The position numbers and the translations under genes were made by a program. Below the pieces are notes generated by a model. It was not told the DNA's origin and ran no database searches. It saw only the letters and a list, made by a program, of their open reading frames with translations. This document shows, one piece after another, positions 37,088 to 51,107 of a stretch of DNA of 64,000 nucleotides. The DNA is from Pavona decussata (Eukaryota), in assembly GCA_977016875.1 (NCBI GenBank), contig CDRNST010000124.1:558001-622000 (forward strand), read 5' to 3'. Numbering within the stretch: the stretch's first letter is position 1; every line of letters starts with the position of its first letter.

Positions 37088-37326
37088 AGGCTGGTTTCCA
37101 TATGATCGCGGATCGCAGATCGCAATAAGGTCTGCGATCGTCTGCGATCATATGGAAACCAGCCTTTAGATAGAACATGGTTCTATCTTCTGCGATCGTC
37201 TGCGATCGCGATCGCAGGATCGCAGACGATCGCAGAAGTAGTTTCCATAAGATCGCAGACGATCGCAGGGCAGACCTTATTGCGATCTGCGATCTGCGAT
37301 CCGCGATCACATATGGAAACCAGCCC
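37088..37326. mobile_element. Harbinger-type MITE rich in gatcgc subrepeats
   Basis: TIR aggctggtttccatatg / catatggaaaccagcc. TTA at 37085-37087 and 37327-37329; an extra internal right TIR ends at 37165. Confidence 0.85.
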
Positions 37327-39900
37327 TTAGATCCAAGTAACAGTTGAAAAGAAATCGTTTTAAATTCTCGAATGTAGGACAACATTTGTACTGTTTGTTT
37401 GAGAAGCTTTCTTGTAAAAACCCTGAACAAGTTCATGGAAAATTTGTTCACTCTTTTTGTACTCAAAAACGAGCCAAAGTGTTACAAAACTTAATGGAAA
37501 ACTTGCTCGTATGCAATCAGCCTAAGTGATAACATGGTGAGATAATAAACGATACTACATTTTATTACTGGAGCGATTTAATTGTCCTTACTGAGGCGCT
37601 GTTGGAGTAAATATTTACGGAAGAAACTTAACGACCATTGCTCAGCACGCGTGGCTAACTTCGCCCAGATAGAGTAGATTCAAAAATTGAATGTACCCAT
37701 TTAACTATTCCGTGCCATTTTTGATAAAGGCAGTCTAAACGTTTACGAGAATCATGCCAAGTAATTTTAGTAACAGTTTACTACCTGACTATAGCAATAA
37801 ATTGATGATAATTGTTGTGGAGATTCCTAGACACCGTAGCAATAAATGAGTATTTATCCCGCGAACAAAGACACAATTATAACGAAGATATACCACATTC
37901 TTTTCGCCACGCATTATACGTTAAAGCACTTTCATCCAAAGAAAGTTTTAGTTTTGTTTTATTCACTGAGCTAAAAGCATTTTTCTTTGAATTCAGTCTC
38001 GATTCTGGGGAACAACTTTGCAGAGAATTAATTATACACAAGAGAAGACCTCTCTTGTTATACACAAGACACGCTTTTTGACAAACAAAGTTTTAGTTTT
38101 GTTTATCCTTTGGGTAAACAAATTCCTTCAATTAAACAGAGTGGCAAACCTTCGAATCTACAGTGAACGCGCCTATCTATCGAGCGCAGCTTTCAGTTTT
38201 AACTAACTTACACTAGCAATAAAATATGTTCCGCACGTAGAGCAATTTTAACATCTTGTTAGTGCCTGGAGTATTTTAATTGGCGCTGAGGGTTCTTGCA
38301 CTGTGGGAGAGGAAATGTTAAAACCCCATAGATCAGCATGCCTTAAAAACTGATATATCCCAAATGTAACCTACCGCAATGGGTGAGTCTACTTCTATAT
38401 CACCTCAGGCAAACTTCAAATCGAGCACTGTTGTGAACTTCAAGTAATTTGTGAAACTAAGCGAACACTGAATCGGACTTTATATGGCTGTTTATGATGG
38501 CTAAGGAAACAGACCAGTGAAACGTAACGATATTTTAGCCCAAATTCCTACAACGTGAAGTAAACGTTAATGAAATAGAAGTGACTTCAGTAATTGTGCT
38601 TACCGCAACACTGTGGGAGTAAATATTTAAACTTCTCTTTCTGTGATAGCTCAGCATGCGTTTACTTAGAGATAAACAAACAAAGAAGGTAAACCAGCGA
38701 TTATATTGACATAAAGACGACAGTCATTCGAGAATAATAGCAAGAGAAATGTAGAAGGTACGAGCTGTGGGCAGGTTCTTCATTGCACCGCATTTCTCGT
38801 ACCTTCCCAAAAGTTCGAAGTATTCCGCAATGACAATATATGATTTTACTTCTCCCAGTATTTTTCCTCTTTGATATAGGGAACTTAAACGGTGCCAAAG
38901 TGCAATAAAATTAAATATATTCTTAAAATTTCAATGATGTCACAGGAAGACTTCCTGTGACCAAAATCACTTGCACGCAAAGTGACACTCCTAGCAACCA
39001 TGCAAGACATTGTTCCAAAGTTTTTTTTTGCGTCAAAACACTCCTTCAACACAACTTTTCTACCCAGTCTACGTGGTTAAAGTACGAATTCAATGAGTTT
39101 CTCTACAACTTCCTGTTTCAGGTACACTAGCAATAATTAAAGAATGTTCTCTGTACGTGAAGTAATTTTAACATCTCGTTAGTAAATGGAGTGTTTTAAT
39201 TGCTATGAACATTCGTACTCTGTGGGAGAGAAAATTGTTAAAACCACTTGTCCGATAGATCAGCATGCCACTCATATATTCAAACATACCTATTCAATTA
39301 CCTCTAAACCTCGAGCACCTAAACTAAATATTTGCTGAGCTTGGAGTAGTTTTAACATTTTGATAGTAAATGAATCGTTTAGCGAAAACGGTCTTTCCAG
39401 ACGTGGCGACCCCTGTACCCAATTGACTTTATATCTTGCAGATGGTGTGCAGTCGATACCTTTCTTATTTATTTTTAAACGATTTCATCGTGAGATAAAC
39501 GATGGCACACTTTATTACTGGTGCGATTTAATTGTCCTTGGTGAGACGCCGTAGGAGCGAATTTTTCAGTAAACTTTGAGATCATTGCGCAGCAAGCATT
39601 GCTCATTTCGCCCAGATATAGTGTATCTTAAAATGAACGTACCCATTCAGCGATTTGGCACCTACTTTTCCTCGGGCATTGCATCAGCAAATTATGAATG
39701 GAGTAATTCTAACACCTGATTGACAAAGTGAGTGATTTAATTTGTTGTATACATCCCTTCGCTGCGGGTGGATTTGTCCTGATGCAATATTAAAAACTTA
39801 ATAGCGAGTAAAACGTGTTTAATTGCCTTGAACATCGTTACGAAGTGGAAGACTCAAAAAGAGGTAACCAGAAGCTCTTGGTTAGATACTGAAATTCACC

Positions 39901-39909
39901 ATGTCCGAG
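39901..39909 (+). CDS. Candidate alternative first micro-exon C of the Dmrt gene (MSE)
   Basis: ttcaccATGTCCGAG/gtaaga: good start context and strong phase-0 donor, but short enough to arise by chance. Confidence 0.35.
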
Positions 39910-42029
39910 GTAAGAAAGACGAGGTAAAAGCCCGTACTAGATGACGGAAATTTGTGAACTCTTGCGAAAGTTATGAAAAATAACTTTTCTGTTTTAATAG
40001 TTCCATATTTTCAAGTGAGTACCCTGTTAAAACTTGGCTTCTTAACCACTCAAGTGCTCGTAGCTTTCATTCTTTATTATAATTGCTTTTTAAGTGAATA
40101 TTTACAAAAAAAAAAAAAAAAACAGCAACAAAAATATAAACAACTTCAACTACAACAACAACTGAACAAAACAATGTTGTTTTTTAAACAACTCAATGTA
40201 TTGGCCCTTTCACTTGCGGAGCTCAGGCTTGTTCATAATGATTTTAAACTTGTCCACAATACAATCATTTCTTCAATTATTGTTCAATTCTGATATCGAA
40301 TGAAATAAGATTAACACTGGTCTCTCTCGGTCTCGTCTCCACCATCTTTCTCTCGCTACAATTCGGCAAACGAAGGAAAACTGTGGTTTTGTAATCTGTC
40401 CTTTTTCGTTAGACTAGAGCTACTTTCAATTCTTGGTATACTCATGCAACTCGAAATAGCAAATCTGAGCAATGAACACAACTATCACTGTCGATGAGGA
40501 TCAGCAATGAGCATTCACTGTCTTATTGTCGAGTTTCTTTGCCTCTATACAAGAAAAACACCATCAATGTATACGGGTTTTGCTAATTTCAATGTGGAGT
40601 TTTCATTAGTGTGAATAGTTTTCTGCCTTAGTACGAGTTCTGAACTTTTAACTTCATTGGCAAAATTCAGAAAAAGATCGGGAGGGTGTTTTTCACAAAG
40701 GACTTTGTTCTTAAGCAATATATCATCTTATTTGTTAATTAAAGAGGATTTTGAAATACTTTTCAGAACAAAAGCTAGCGATGAATTTAACGAACAACGT
40801 TAATTATTTAAGCAGAAATGACACAAAAGCATTTGGATGTTATATGCAATATAATGAAAACTTAAATTAACGATGGACAATTTGTCATCTTCATGTCATT
40901 ATTGCCAAGTTGAAATGCAACAAAATCTTGTGGCTGTTATATGCAATATAACATATAACACCAGATCAAGCGAAAGCCCCGGCTTAACGCGCGAGAGTAA
41001 ATAACTCAACAGGGAAATTGTCCGATTAAATGATTATGTCTAATCAGGAGCGCGTGTCGAAGTTAACAAATCCCTGAAAGGCTCTGAAAACATAAATCAC
41101 ATTGTCACCATTGAAATACAAAAGGTATTTGAGATTGACGTAGCGATCAATACCGCCGCGTCGTCGTTATTTGCTTTATAATACAGAGGATGAAATTCGC
41201 TCAAAACTAAAAACTACCACGAGTTTTGAAGATGTTTCCCTCCCGCTTTTTTTTATTCACTAAAACCACGCATCAACAACACAGGGAGGGTATGAGAAAT
41301 CTGTATTATTAGCGATATTTCCCAAAGGATTTTTTCACAAAACCGCTTTCTTGTGCGTAAGACTTAATGATGATGACACGTCGAAGCCTTCGAAGGAGCA
41401 AAGTCTTGTACAGACTTAAAAACCATTAGTTTTTGCTTGGCCTCTCTGTTACATTAAAAGGTTGATTCGGTGCTTTTTGCTTAGGCATGTATCACAAATT
41501 CGTCCAAAGAGATAACGATAATTGCTGGTGAAATTTCAATAAGTGTAAATCCTTCTTAACACCCGAGAGAATGGAATCACATTTAACTGTTGACGTTCAA
41601 TCCACCTTTGAGAGAAAATATTGTAAAAGAAAAGGCAGTTAACGACTCTGCCCCATGACCCAGACGGGATACTCAAGTGTACAGTTTTTGGTAACTTTTA
41701 CGGCAAGGGTCCTCATTCCAGCAGCGCAGCATTGATGCGGTATTTGGCTACCTATCGGGAATGTCTAGTTTTTCCATCTGGAAAAGGCGAAGAATTTGTA
41801 ATGGCCCACATATCAGGTTACTGTCTTGCGAACGCCGATTCCCTAGCTGAACTGTACGCTAAAGGTGGTCGATACGTTTAACAAGATACTTTTGAATGGA
41901 ACGGTCCCCACGCGTTGTTACTAAATAGAGAGATGTAATTGCTGTGAACGCTCTTACGCCGTGTGGGAGCGGTTTTTTGGTTCATGACCGGGTCGTTCAT
42001 TGTTCAGCGTGTATTTAAAAACAATGACA

Positions 42030-42073
42030 TCACCTTATAATGAACGTATCTTCACCTTATAATGAACGTATCT
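42030..42073. repeat. Perfect 22-bp tandem duplication
   Basis: tcaccttataatgaacgtatct occurs twice in tandem. Confidence 0.95.
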
Positions 42074-44061
42074 TTCAATAACAGTAGCCATGTTACCTGA
42101 GTTATTCTAGTATAGTAGCATCAGTGGTGAAGCGATTTTAACACTTTATTAGTGGGTAGAGTGATTTTCGTCCTGGAGAACTCGGATAGGCAATCAGTAG
42201 TTCTACATATGGTGACCTGATAACAGGCCAGACAGCCCTACCGCCTGACGAAGATTAGAAACAGTTTGAACGTCGCCATGTACATCCTATATATTAAAAT
42301 CGTCAAAAATTCCGAGCTTTTAAGTAATGGAATTATTTAATTGTCTCTACCGCGGCGCTGTGGAGTAAATATTGAAGCTTTTAATTTATCGTTCAACGCG
42401 CGTTATACACTTCGCCCAGGTGCAGTCACTGCAACCTAAAAATTCACTTGCCTCAATATTCAAAAATGAGTATCAATATATTTTTCTCAGGCATTCCAGA
42501 AATGAAACATGATGTGTAGGCTTCTGGTTTGGCGTTGGAGGTTACGTTTTGTAATCAAGGTTCAGTCATATGTCAGCGTTAACAAGAATTTTTGTTCTCG
42601 GGAAGGCTTATGACACCTTATTAGTGAATATGGTCATTTAATTGCTTTTAATATTGTCACGCAGCGTGAGAGTTAACACAGTTGCTTATTAAACAAGAAA
42701 TGGGACGATTTAACGCAGAGTTTTTGCGCTTAAATATAGGCGAATGGGGGAATGATCATATATCGATCATAGGAAGCCCGCCGGAACTAGCTAGCGTGTT
42801 CGATATATTGGCGCTAAACTGTATACATTTTGATTGTCGTGTGCTAGACAAGCCCTAAGGCTAAAAGATGTTAACACTTACAATCAGTAGTTTTCTAACA
42901 CTTAGCACTTCCGAAAACAAAACCAAACTGCTAAAAACTTTAAGCAGTCGTGTTTTGTTGTGGAGTAATCCTTTTCCTTACATTGGCGCAACAAAATGCT
43001 ATACTCAGCAATACTAAATTTCAAAATACCAGAAAATTCATGGTCCATGCATGAAATTGTGCATAATGATAGCAATAACTTCAAGGTCGGACTCAATATC
43101 AGCCATTGCGTGCTTAATCAATCTTGTTCATTATCTGATATCACGCATAGGGCGAGACAGAACTTTCCAGTTGTCACGCTATCGACGGGCAAAATTTTTT
43201 CCTGCAAAATTCCAAGCGACAACTATCTAAACAAACAAATCACCAAAGATCTGCTGTAACCCCAAACAAAACGGAATTTTGTAGCTAGTGATATTTCATG
43301 ATGTCTTTTGGCGACCTGCTCGAGAAATTTTTGCTGTAGAAATGAACTTTCTCGCGCGTGACTTGCGCTGCAGTGCATGTTGAACAGCTTAGAGCAAGCC
43401 TAGGTGATATATGTTGACAATAAATATACATATCCTGTATCGAAATAAAAGTAACTCTGTAACAAATAAACAAATAAGTATCTTCTGGAATCGTGCTAAG
43501 CCGGCAAAAGCCTATCAACGGATTGAGCTCATTTCGTTTTGCAAAAATAGTAGACTTCATGATCTATCAACAGCAGAATTAACGATTTCTGGAAACAACT
43601 GTTATTGCTTGTTCTATACGTTGCCCACTGAATGACTCATTCATCAAACTCGCAGTCGTGGGAGGACTGGATTGTTTTGTTAGTCTCACGCCTGTTGGCT
43701 CGGTCAGGTGTTATTAACGCATTCAACGCCACACGAGCGGTCAGTGTGAACAAACGGCGCGCCATTTCCATTGACGTAAATCAGACGAAACTGGCCATCG
43801 GTTTGTTAAACTGTTAATGGGAGCAACCGGCCATCCGCGAAAGAAGCAGCTTGCTTCTTCTTAAAATAGCACGAATTATTTTCGGAACGAATTCAGAACA
43901 ATAGAACAAAGCCATAACAGCACAATTAGAAACGTTGTCAAAAGAATTTACTTTGGATTAAAATAGCAGACGAGCCGAGTAGGGGCTGACAGCGTAATTC
44001 GAGCGTGCCGACAGTGTGTCCTGGAGACGCCGTTAAACGCGACTCCCGTCAGATAATTGCG

Positions 44062-44130
44062 ATGGCTGCTGAGGAGGGAACGTCTTCTGCTAATGAAGCG
44101 TCAGATGCTACGTCAAACAGATCCGCAATG
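44062..44130 (+). CDS. Candidate alternative first coding exon D of the Dmrt gene (MAAEEGTSSANEASDATSNRSAM)
   Basis: gcgATGG start, 69 nt, donor ATG/gtaagt in phase 0. Ala/Ser/Glu-rich N-terminal peptide; CpG-rich leader at 43690-44060. Confidence 0.7.
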
Positions 44131-47100
44131 GTAAGTTAAAGCAGTTTGAACTTCGTTGTTTCATTAGCTATTATTTTTCAGACATCCCTGGTGCTCTGCG
44201 CATGTGGCAACATGTCGAACTGTACTGCCTTGAGTAAAGCGACAAAACCTCATCTCATTTAGCTCAATATTGCATCTAAAGACACCATAGTTAGTGTATT
44301 TATCCACATTTTATGAAAATCAACATTCTACAGTTAGTTTGGTTTGATGATTTGATCTCGCATCGTGTTTAGACAACATGTTGGAAAGTTAAAATGGATG
44401 ACACATCCGGGCAAAACAACTGTTCCCAGCAATTATTTGATTACCCGGTATCTCCATGAAATGTTATGCAAGACTAATGTGCGACTCGACCTCGCTTTTT
44501 CTGAAACACTTACTAATTTAAAAAAACTAATTGCATCATTAAAATATTGAATTTTCCTTAATGTGAGATAAAATCTGCGAAATCAGGCGTAAAGCCATGC
44601 CCCATGAAGACAATGTGCCCATGAAAGTACGTTCGGAAACCAGTCGAAATTTTCACATTTTACAATTGAACTTTCGGTTTTGATAGGCTAAAAGGAAGCG
44701 AAATTTTTGTGGAGAGAATATTCCATCGAAGAGTTTATGTTACCTCTCTTTTACGCCCCGAAACATAAGAACCTTCATCTATTCCCCGCCTCCGCCGGTG
44801 ACAAAGAAGAGAAAAGGATATGTCATCTACGAATTCATGTCGGTTAAGATGCCTCACGAAACATTAATTTCTCAAAAAGGCCGGTTGTGCCCTTGACCAC
44901 TGTATAACATAACATAAAGGATATGTGACAGGCCCTAAGGATATAGGGTCAAAGAAGTGGAATAGACGCTGAAAGGCTCAATCTCTTGATGGAAGTAAGT
45001 TACAAGTTCATAATTCGAGGATACAAGCATAGGCAAGCCTTGTCGTCCGTCTGCCGTAAATAGGAACGTTCGAGACTTAGTGAACGTCTAGAGATTTGAA
45101 AACCATATAACCCTCCATCAAAGCATTTGGAAGAAATACTGGTGAGTTTACGAAGGTAGAGATAACCATGCACTGATTTCTGATTAACATAATTTTTTAT
45201 CAGGTATGAACTTAAACTATATACCATGTTGTATTCGAACCAAAGACCAATCTCACAATATACCACCGGCTTTGACAACTCTAATTTCTTCAAGACCTTC
45301 AAAAGATTTCGTAACACAAGTGGCCCTATTTCGAGGTACGGAAACTGCCAAGAGCATTTCGTTTTACTCACCTCTTGATTTTGGCAATGCTCTTATTATT
45401 TTGTTTTTATTTTTCATTTTTCGGAAACCACAATCTATGCGTGTGGTTCTACATGGATCAACCGTGATGATAGCGGCCAAACGACGAAAACAGGAGCATT
45501 GAACTGACAAACTCATGTACAAAGATCGCAGATGGTTGTTTCAAGTTCAGATATCAATAGAGCGTTAGCGTTATTCGGTGGCCATGTTACATGAACAGGG
45601 GTAGTTCTAAGCCAAGCGATATTCACAATAAACATGAGTTCACTTCAGCTATCGACTGTATAACAACTGAGGCAGGTTTTGCTGAATAACAGCCTAACAG
45701 TGTTAAGAAGTGGGCAATCGCCGACCAACTGAATCAGAGATACTTGTAATAAATGGACTGGCATTTGCTAAAAACTCAACAGAATTGCGTGTGTGCTTAG
45801 AGATTTCGCTAGACTAATGGTTTGCAACCTGATTGCCGACGGAATTGTCAATACTCCCGCAAGTCAGGTAAAACAGCGTACACATCCGTCGCGGCTCGCC
45901 AATCAAAATAACACCAGGAAGTCCATCGATCGGCAAAGCTGTTGAGGGCAACAAAATCCCTTTTTTTTTAATGTAAAGATATCTCTACATTTTTTTCTAC
46001 GAGACAACCATAATGACGGGTGGAAAATCCCATGCCCATTGGACCGTATAAAACTTTCGATCCTCTCACTGGGCTCATATGCTCTTCGCCGTTTTGCAGG
46101 GGATGGCTTAAAATGTACCACTTGAAGGCCCTGAGAACTCACGCACAGTACCACTGTACTAGTGAAAAAGGCTTTTATTAAGTTACTTATCGTCGTTTTA
46201 GAACTCCTTTCGACGAATACTTAGCTGCCTGATGTCCAAGAAGCCTCACTCAATCTCTGTCCAGCTCTTCCGTCTTATAGTTTGTGTCAAAGACGTTAGG
46301 TCTAAAATGTCGCGGTTTGATACATGAAGGATACGAGAAAACAAGCAAAACGCCCTGATCTGATGGAATACTGATTGTTTTGAATTTCTCGCGGATATAA
46401 ACAAACTGTCGTTTTTAATCGGTAGCTGCTGGAACGTTGTTGAGCCGTGAGCCGTACAGTTTTGTTTGGTTTAAAGCTTAGCTATGTTTACTACTGCATT
46501 CCAGATATAGTAAAACTCTTTGGATGTACTTTAACAAGAGTGTTATGTTACCATGCTTTTTTAAGGCCTCTATTTCCAGCTTGTTGTTTAGACCTTTTAA
46601 AGACGGAGCTCTTAGTCTTGTCAGCTTTTCATTTCAACTTCATTTGGTGGTTAGTTCTGCCTTTTCAATTATAAGGTGATCACTATCGCTCAACCAAGAA
46701 TATTTCAATGTGTCTAGAACTCTAGAGTCATATTCTTTGACGGCGAGGCCGAACACATCAAGTTTAAAAACAAGAGCTACCAAAGGGTTACGTTTTGTCC
46801 GACTATAACTACAACATTTGCAAAACTAGTCTGCCCTCACTCCAATAACCTAGAACAACCAGAAGTTTGCAAACGCCTTTCCAGAGCCTTTCTATCGTCC
46901 AAATTTTGTTTCCTTGTTTGGATTTCTGGGTCATTACCGGCTGATGGCTGGCCCAAACAATCTAAGTAATTATTTCGGTACGTACAAGCTTGGATCACGT
47001 TTTTTCTAACGATATGAGGTTGTTTTTCAAACGACCTTGACCAATGATAGACGGTCCAATATCATACCCGACAAGATGACAAGAAGAGTATCAGTGTTTT

Positions 47101-50100
47101 TCGTTTACGTGTAATCACATCGTGCGAGTGTCCAAGCCCTGCTGCCCTTCCTAAAGAGACGATCTGACTGATTCGCAGCTTTAACTCTTATTTGAGTCGA
47201 TTTTCTTTCCAAAACTCTTCGCTATTACGTTTTTGGAAAGCTATGGCGAAATACAGTAAGATTGCCTCATGTAACTTCCACTCTTTTATAAGTGAATGAC
47301 AATCTGAGCGAGATCTTGTAATTGTCTCGGTCACTCGGGTTCAGGACTGGTCACTATCCAGTTGAAGAGCTATGTATGTCAAAAAGACGAAACCATTACG
47401 AGTCAGATGGCAGAGATCAGTGATGGAGAAAAGACACCGGTTGTCGTCAAGTTTTCACTCGAAAGTTTCCTTGTAAAATCAAGGAGCCAAAGTTCGTTGT
47501 AAACGTCAATAATGTTGCAAACAAGAGTAATTTCCAATAGGAAAGTTAACAGATGCAAGTGAAGAAATTATTTTTAAGTAGCTAACACTTTTAGTTTAGT
47601 TTCAACGAGTACAGTTTTCCAGTTTCTCTCTCAGGACCTTGGCTTACTGTTGTCAAGAATGTTTTTATTGAATCATCATAGTTCTTCCTTGTTTGACCTT
47701 TTTTTCCTTACGATGTTAGCGCAATAGTTTTCATCTGGATTTTCATATTTTAGCCTGGAATTTCATCAACAGACTTATCTGAAGCTATAAAAAAGAAATC
47801 AGTCTGGCACAAGAGAGTTATGCCCAGTGCGTGGTTTCAGTCGAATGGTTACACTTTGGCGGAATTGGGATGTACACCTAATTACAACTCATCAGTACAT
47901 CCCATCAATTTAATGAGATTCTAGGATGGAAACCCCTCAACTCTTGATCTGGTGTACTGCCGGTTTTACTAGTGACCGTTGTTAGGATTGGGGTCTCCTG
48001 AGTTGCTAGAGACACCAGCGCTCTAAGATAGCCTTTGACGACAAAATGGTAAATTAAACTTAAAATGAAGGCAAAGCTTCAATATTTCTTCCATCAGCAT
48101 TTGGATTTTCAGTTGTTCAAATTATCAGTACGTGTCGTTTTCGCTGTAATATGTCGTTTGTGGCTGTTCACTGTTTCTTTGGTTGGACTGTACTTCAAAA
48201 ACGATCTTGACTTTTAACTCAAGGTCAGAGACCAATTAATGTCATTTTATGTCTCTGCACGGAAATCATCCCTTGTCTTACATTAAGCAGGCAAGTTTAT
48301 TCAGTGGTTGGAAGATAAATCTTCCAGTCAAGATCCCATACTGATAGCAATATATTATTCTGTCACTGCGGCGTCAATTAACTAGGGCGGGTCATGAAAA
48401 CTGGGTGTAGTCATTGAAAGAGTTGGGTGGCTGACATATTCACGGTAGGCACCGATCCAGTGGTTTTGTCAGTTCATTCCTGCATGCCCATAAGCACGAA
48501 TCAATCAATCTCTCCGAGACACTTGAAAGCATTCCAAAAGAAAAAACACGATTTATAGAAGGGGGGGCCAGATCAAATTGACGAAGTTATACAGTACGTG
48601 TGAGTTCTTCGAGCCAATGAGACCTTGGCTAGACTTAAGCTGATGAACACAAATAGTCGGCTATGACACAGTTGAAGCCTCCACTGAATTGAACAACAAT
48701 ACATGTATATCAGTACAAAAATAAAGAAAAAAGAACTAGAGAAGGCCCGCAGTCGGCGAAAGCTTTAATATGACCGCTCTTAAATGACTTACTAAACATC
48801 CTATATACTGTCGGGTACGTATAAGAGGACCGAGGTGACTTTGTCTTAGTTTTAATAAACCGAATAATTGGATATGCAAGTGTTGAACTATCTTGCCGCA
48901 GTCGGCGTCTCCCTCAAGTTGTGTAATGAATACAACTGAGCTCAGTGCTCCAGTTCTGTGGACTTGTAACCGGAATTTCCTTCAGCTTATCAGTAAGTGT
49001 TTTGTCTTACCTAATTTTGATCTATCAATTTGGTATCATAGAAATGTACACCTGCATTACTGGAAACATTTATGCTTTTTAGAAGGTCTTTATGGAAGCA
49101 AGTACACCAGCTTCCTAATATCTTGTCTCTATGTTTATAACTGAAAATATCTGTGAAAAACAGTATTTTTTTACATCCCAAAAATACGAACTAGGTGTGT
49201 TGGAAATTGACTTGAGAAAAGTCACGTCGAGTGCGGGCGAAATATAGGGCAGACAACAAAGTCTTTATATCCGAACACAAAACTCTGGATTTCTGTCACG
49301 AGTCCCTTACCTTCAAGGTCCTTTACGTCGGGATTTACTTTTTTTACACTTACCATTACCACTGCATAATGTCTATATAGTTCTTTATTTGAGGTTAAGA
49401 GATATTCGAGTTAATTGCGATAACTGTTTGTAATCGCCATTTTGCATTGAGTCAAAGTTAGCATACATAGCTCGGAATATATATATATATATATTTTTGT
49501 ACGGCCGTGGCGTTCAATTATTTCAGCAAAAATTAATTTTTAGGTGTTTAAATCTGTGAGCTCAAAGTTAAGCCGGGATTTACCGATCAAACTTAGAAAC
49601 TCTTCGTAAGCTGGAATTAACATAAATAAACCTAAACATTTCTATACATTTGGCAGTGCTGAATAATACAGTAGACTGAGTTTTACAGACAAATACATTA
49701 CAAACTCCACTGTCTGCTTCTTAGCAAATCCCACAGTACTCAAATGGGATTAACGAATTCTTTTGCCATTAGATATCTTGCCTTGCCGTAGAAGTCACGT
49801 TTTCCCAATATACCATAAATACCCATAAGCGTCAAAGAGATAATTCTGTGAATACAACAACATGTTTATCAACGGAAGCTCAAACCACAAATAACTAACA
49901 CCGAAAATAACAGATTAGAAAATAACATTTAACCACTTATCAACGTCTTAAGTCATTTCCCATGCAGTGATATTCTTGGATACATATACAACACAGTAAA
50001 GCTCCTTTATTTACAGGTTTTTATTAGTAAGGATTCTGACCGCAGTCATGTATACCTTCACAACTACCAAGGTGTTTTTGTTTTGAACGGCTTAGAGTCA

Positions 50101-50450
50101 ATTAGAAATACAATAAGGTAAATTCTCGTCTGTTTACTCTTAATTTTTATTAAGGATTACGCAACGTGATTTACGTGAATGAAAGGAATTGGGAGCGACA
50201 GGAGGATAGCATTCACGAACCTTCCATGTGGACCTTGACGTAATGCCCTTTATTTGCTATTGTAGTATGATTTACAGTGCACTGTTATAAATGTAGCCAA
50301 TATTCCCTTACGTCTGACACAGCACTGGTATAAGGGTTACAGCGGGACCAAACAGTCGCAGGCGGCGGTGATCTTGCTCCCACTCAATCGCATACGAGCA
50401 CACCAGAAACGGTTTTCGTCTACAAATACCTATAGTATTTATTGCAACTC

Positions 50451-50474
50451 ATGTGTGATTTAGATTTCTTAAAG
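50451..50474 (+). CDS. Candidate alternative first coding exon E of the Dmrt gene (MCDLDFLK)
   Basis: 24 nt ending in a consensus donor AAG/gtaagt, phase 0. TATA-like ttataaat (50285) and ggtataag (50327) upstream. Confidence 0.5.
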
Positions 50475-51107
50475 GTAAGTAAGTTTAAGTACTCGTTAAA
50501 CAGGCGAAAATTTAAGCTTTCAACTCGTGTCAAAACAATTTCTTTAGACGTGAGTAATAAACTCAAGCAGAGGTTCGTGATATCGAAGTCGGTGTAATTA
50601 AGCCATGGACGATTGTCGGCATTCAGGGTGAACTTATTAGTCAAGACATTATTCGCCGAAAGCGCCATTGCGGTCAAGCTCAATGAGGGTTTTTGTTCTA
50701 TTTTTTCCTGTAGACCAGTGTCGTCAAATTGTCGACTTATCCTTTTGGTTTATCCGATTAATGCTTTAAAACTTGGTTTCTATTTGTTTTAAGACCAAAA
50801 GCCTTTTCTTAAGATTTTAATTTTTCCTGTCGCTGTTCTGTAACTTAGAAACCATTCTTGATTGGGCGTTGGAGGGCTTCTAGAATTGCCTGTAAAGTGG
50901 GGGCCGTCAATGAAACAGACTAGAACTAAACAGGTCAAATATAAGTAACACGCCAGCTTCAGGCAAATAAACAGTTTTGTTTGAAACATGATGGAACTAA
51001 ATAAATCAAATTAACGTCTGTTTATTACTTAGCTATTTATCGCTCGTGTGGTGTAAACCGAGTTTGGTTTCATTGCTGGGTCAGCTTCGGCAGTGAATTA
51101 CCATACT

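Noticed and set aside
42243-42280. Hammerhead-like ctgacgaag...gaacgtcg
   Set aside because: The GAAA core and stems are incomplete; at most a decayed Penelope fragment.
48747-48907. 12-bp direct repeat ccgcagtcggcg about 150 bp apart
   Set aside because: No TIRs between the copies and no other support for a TSD or regulatory role.
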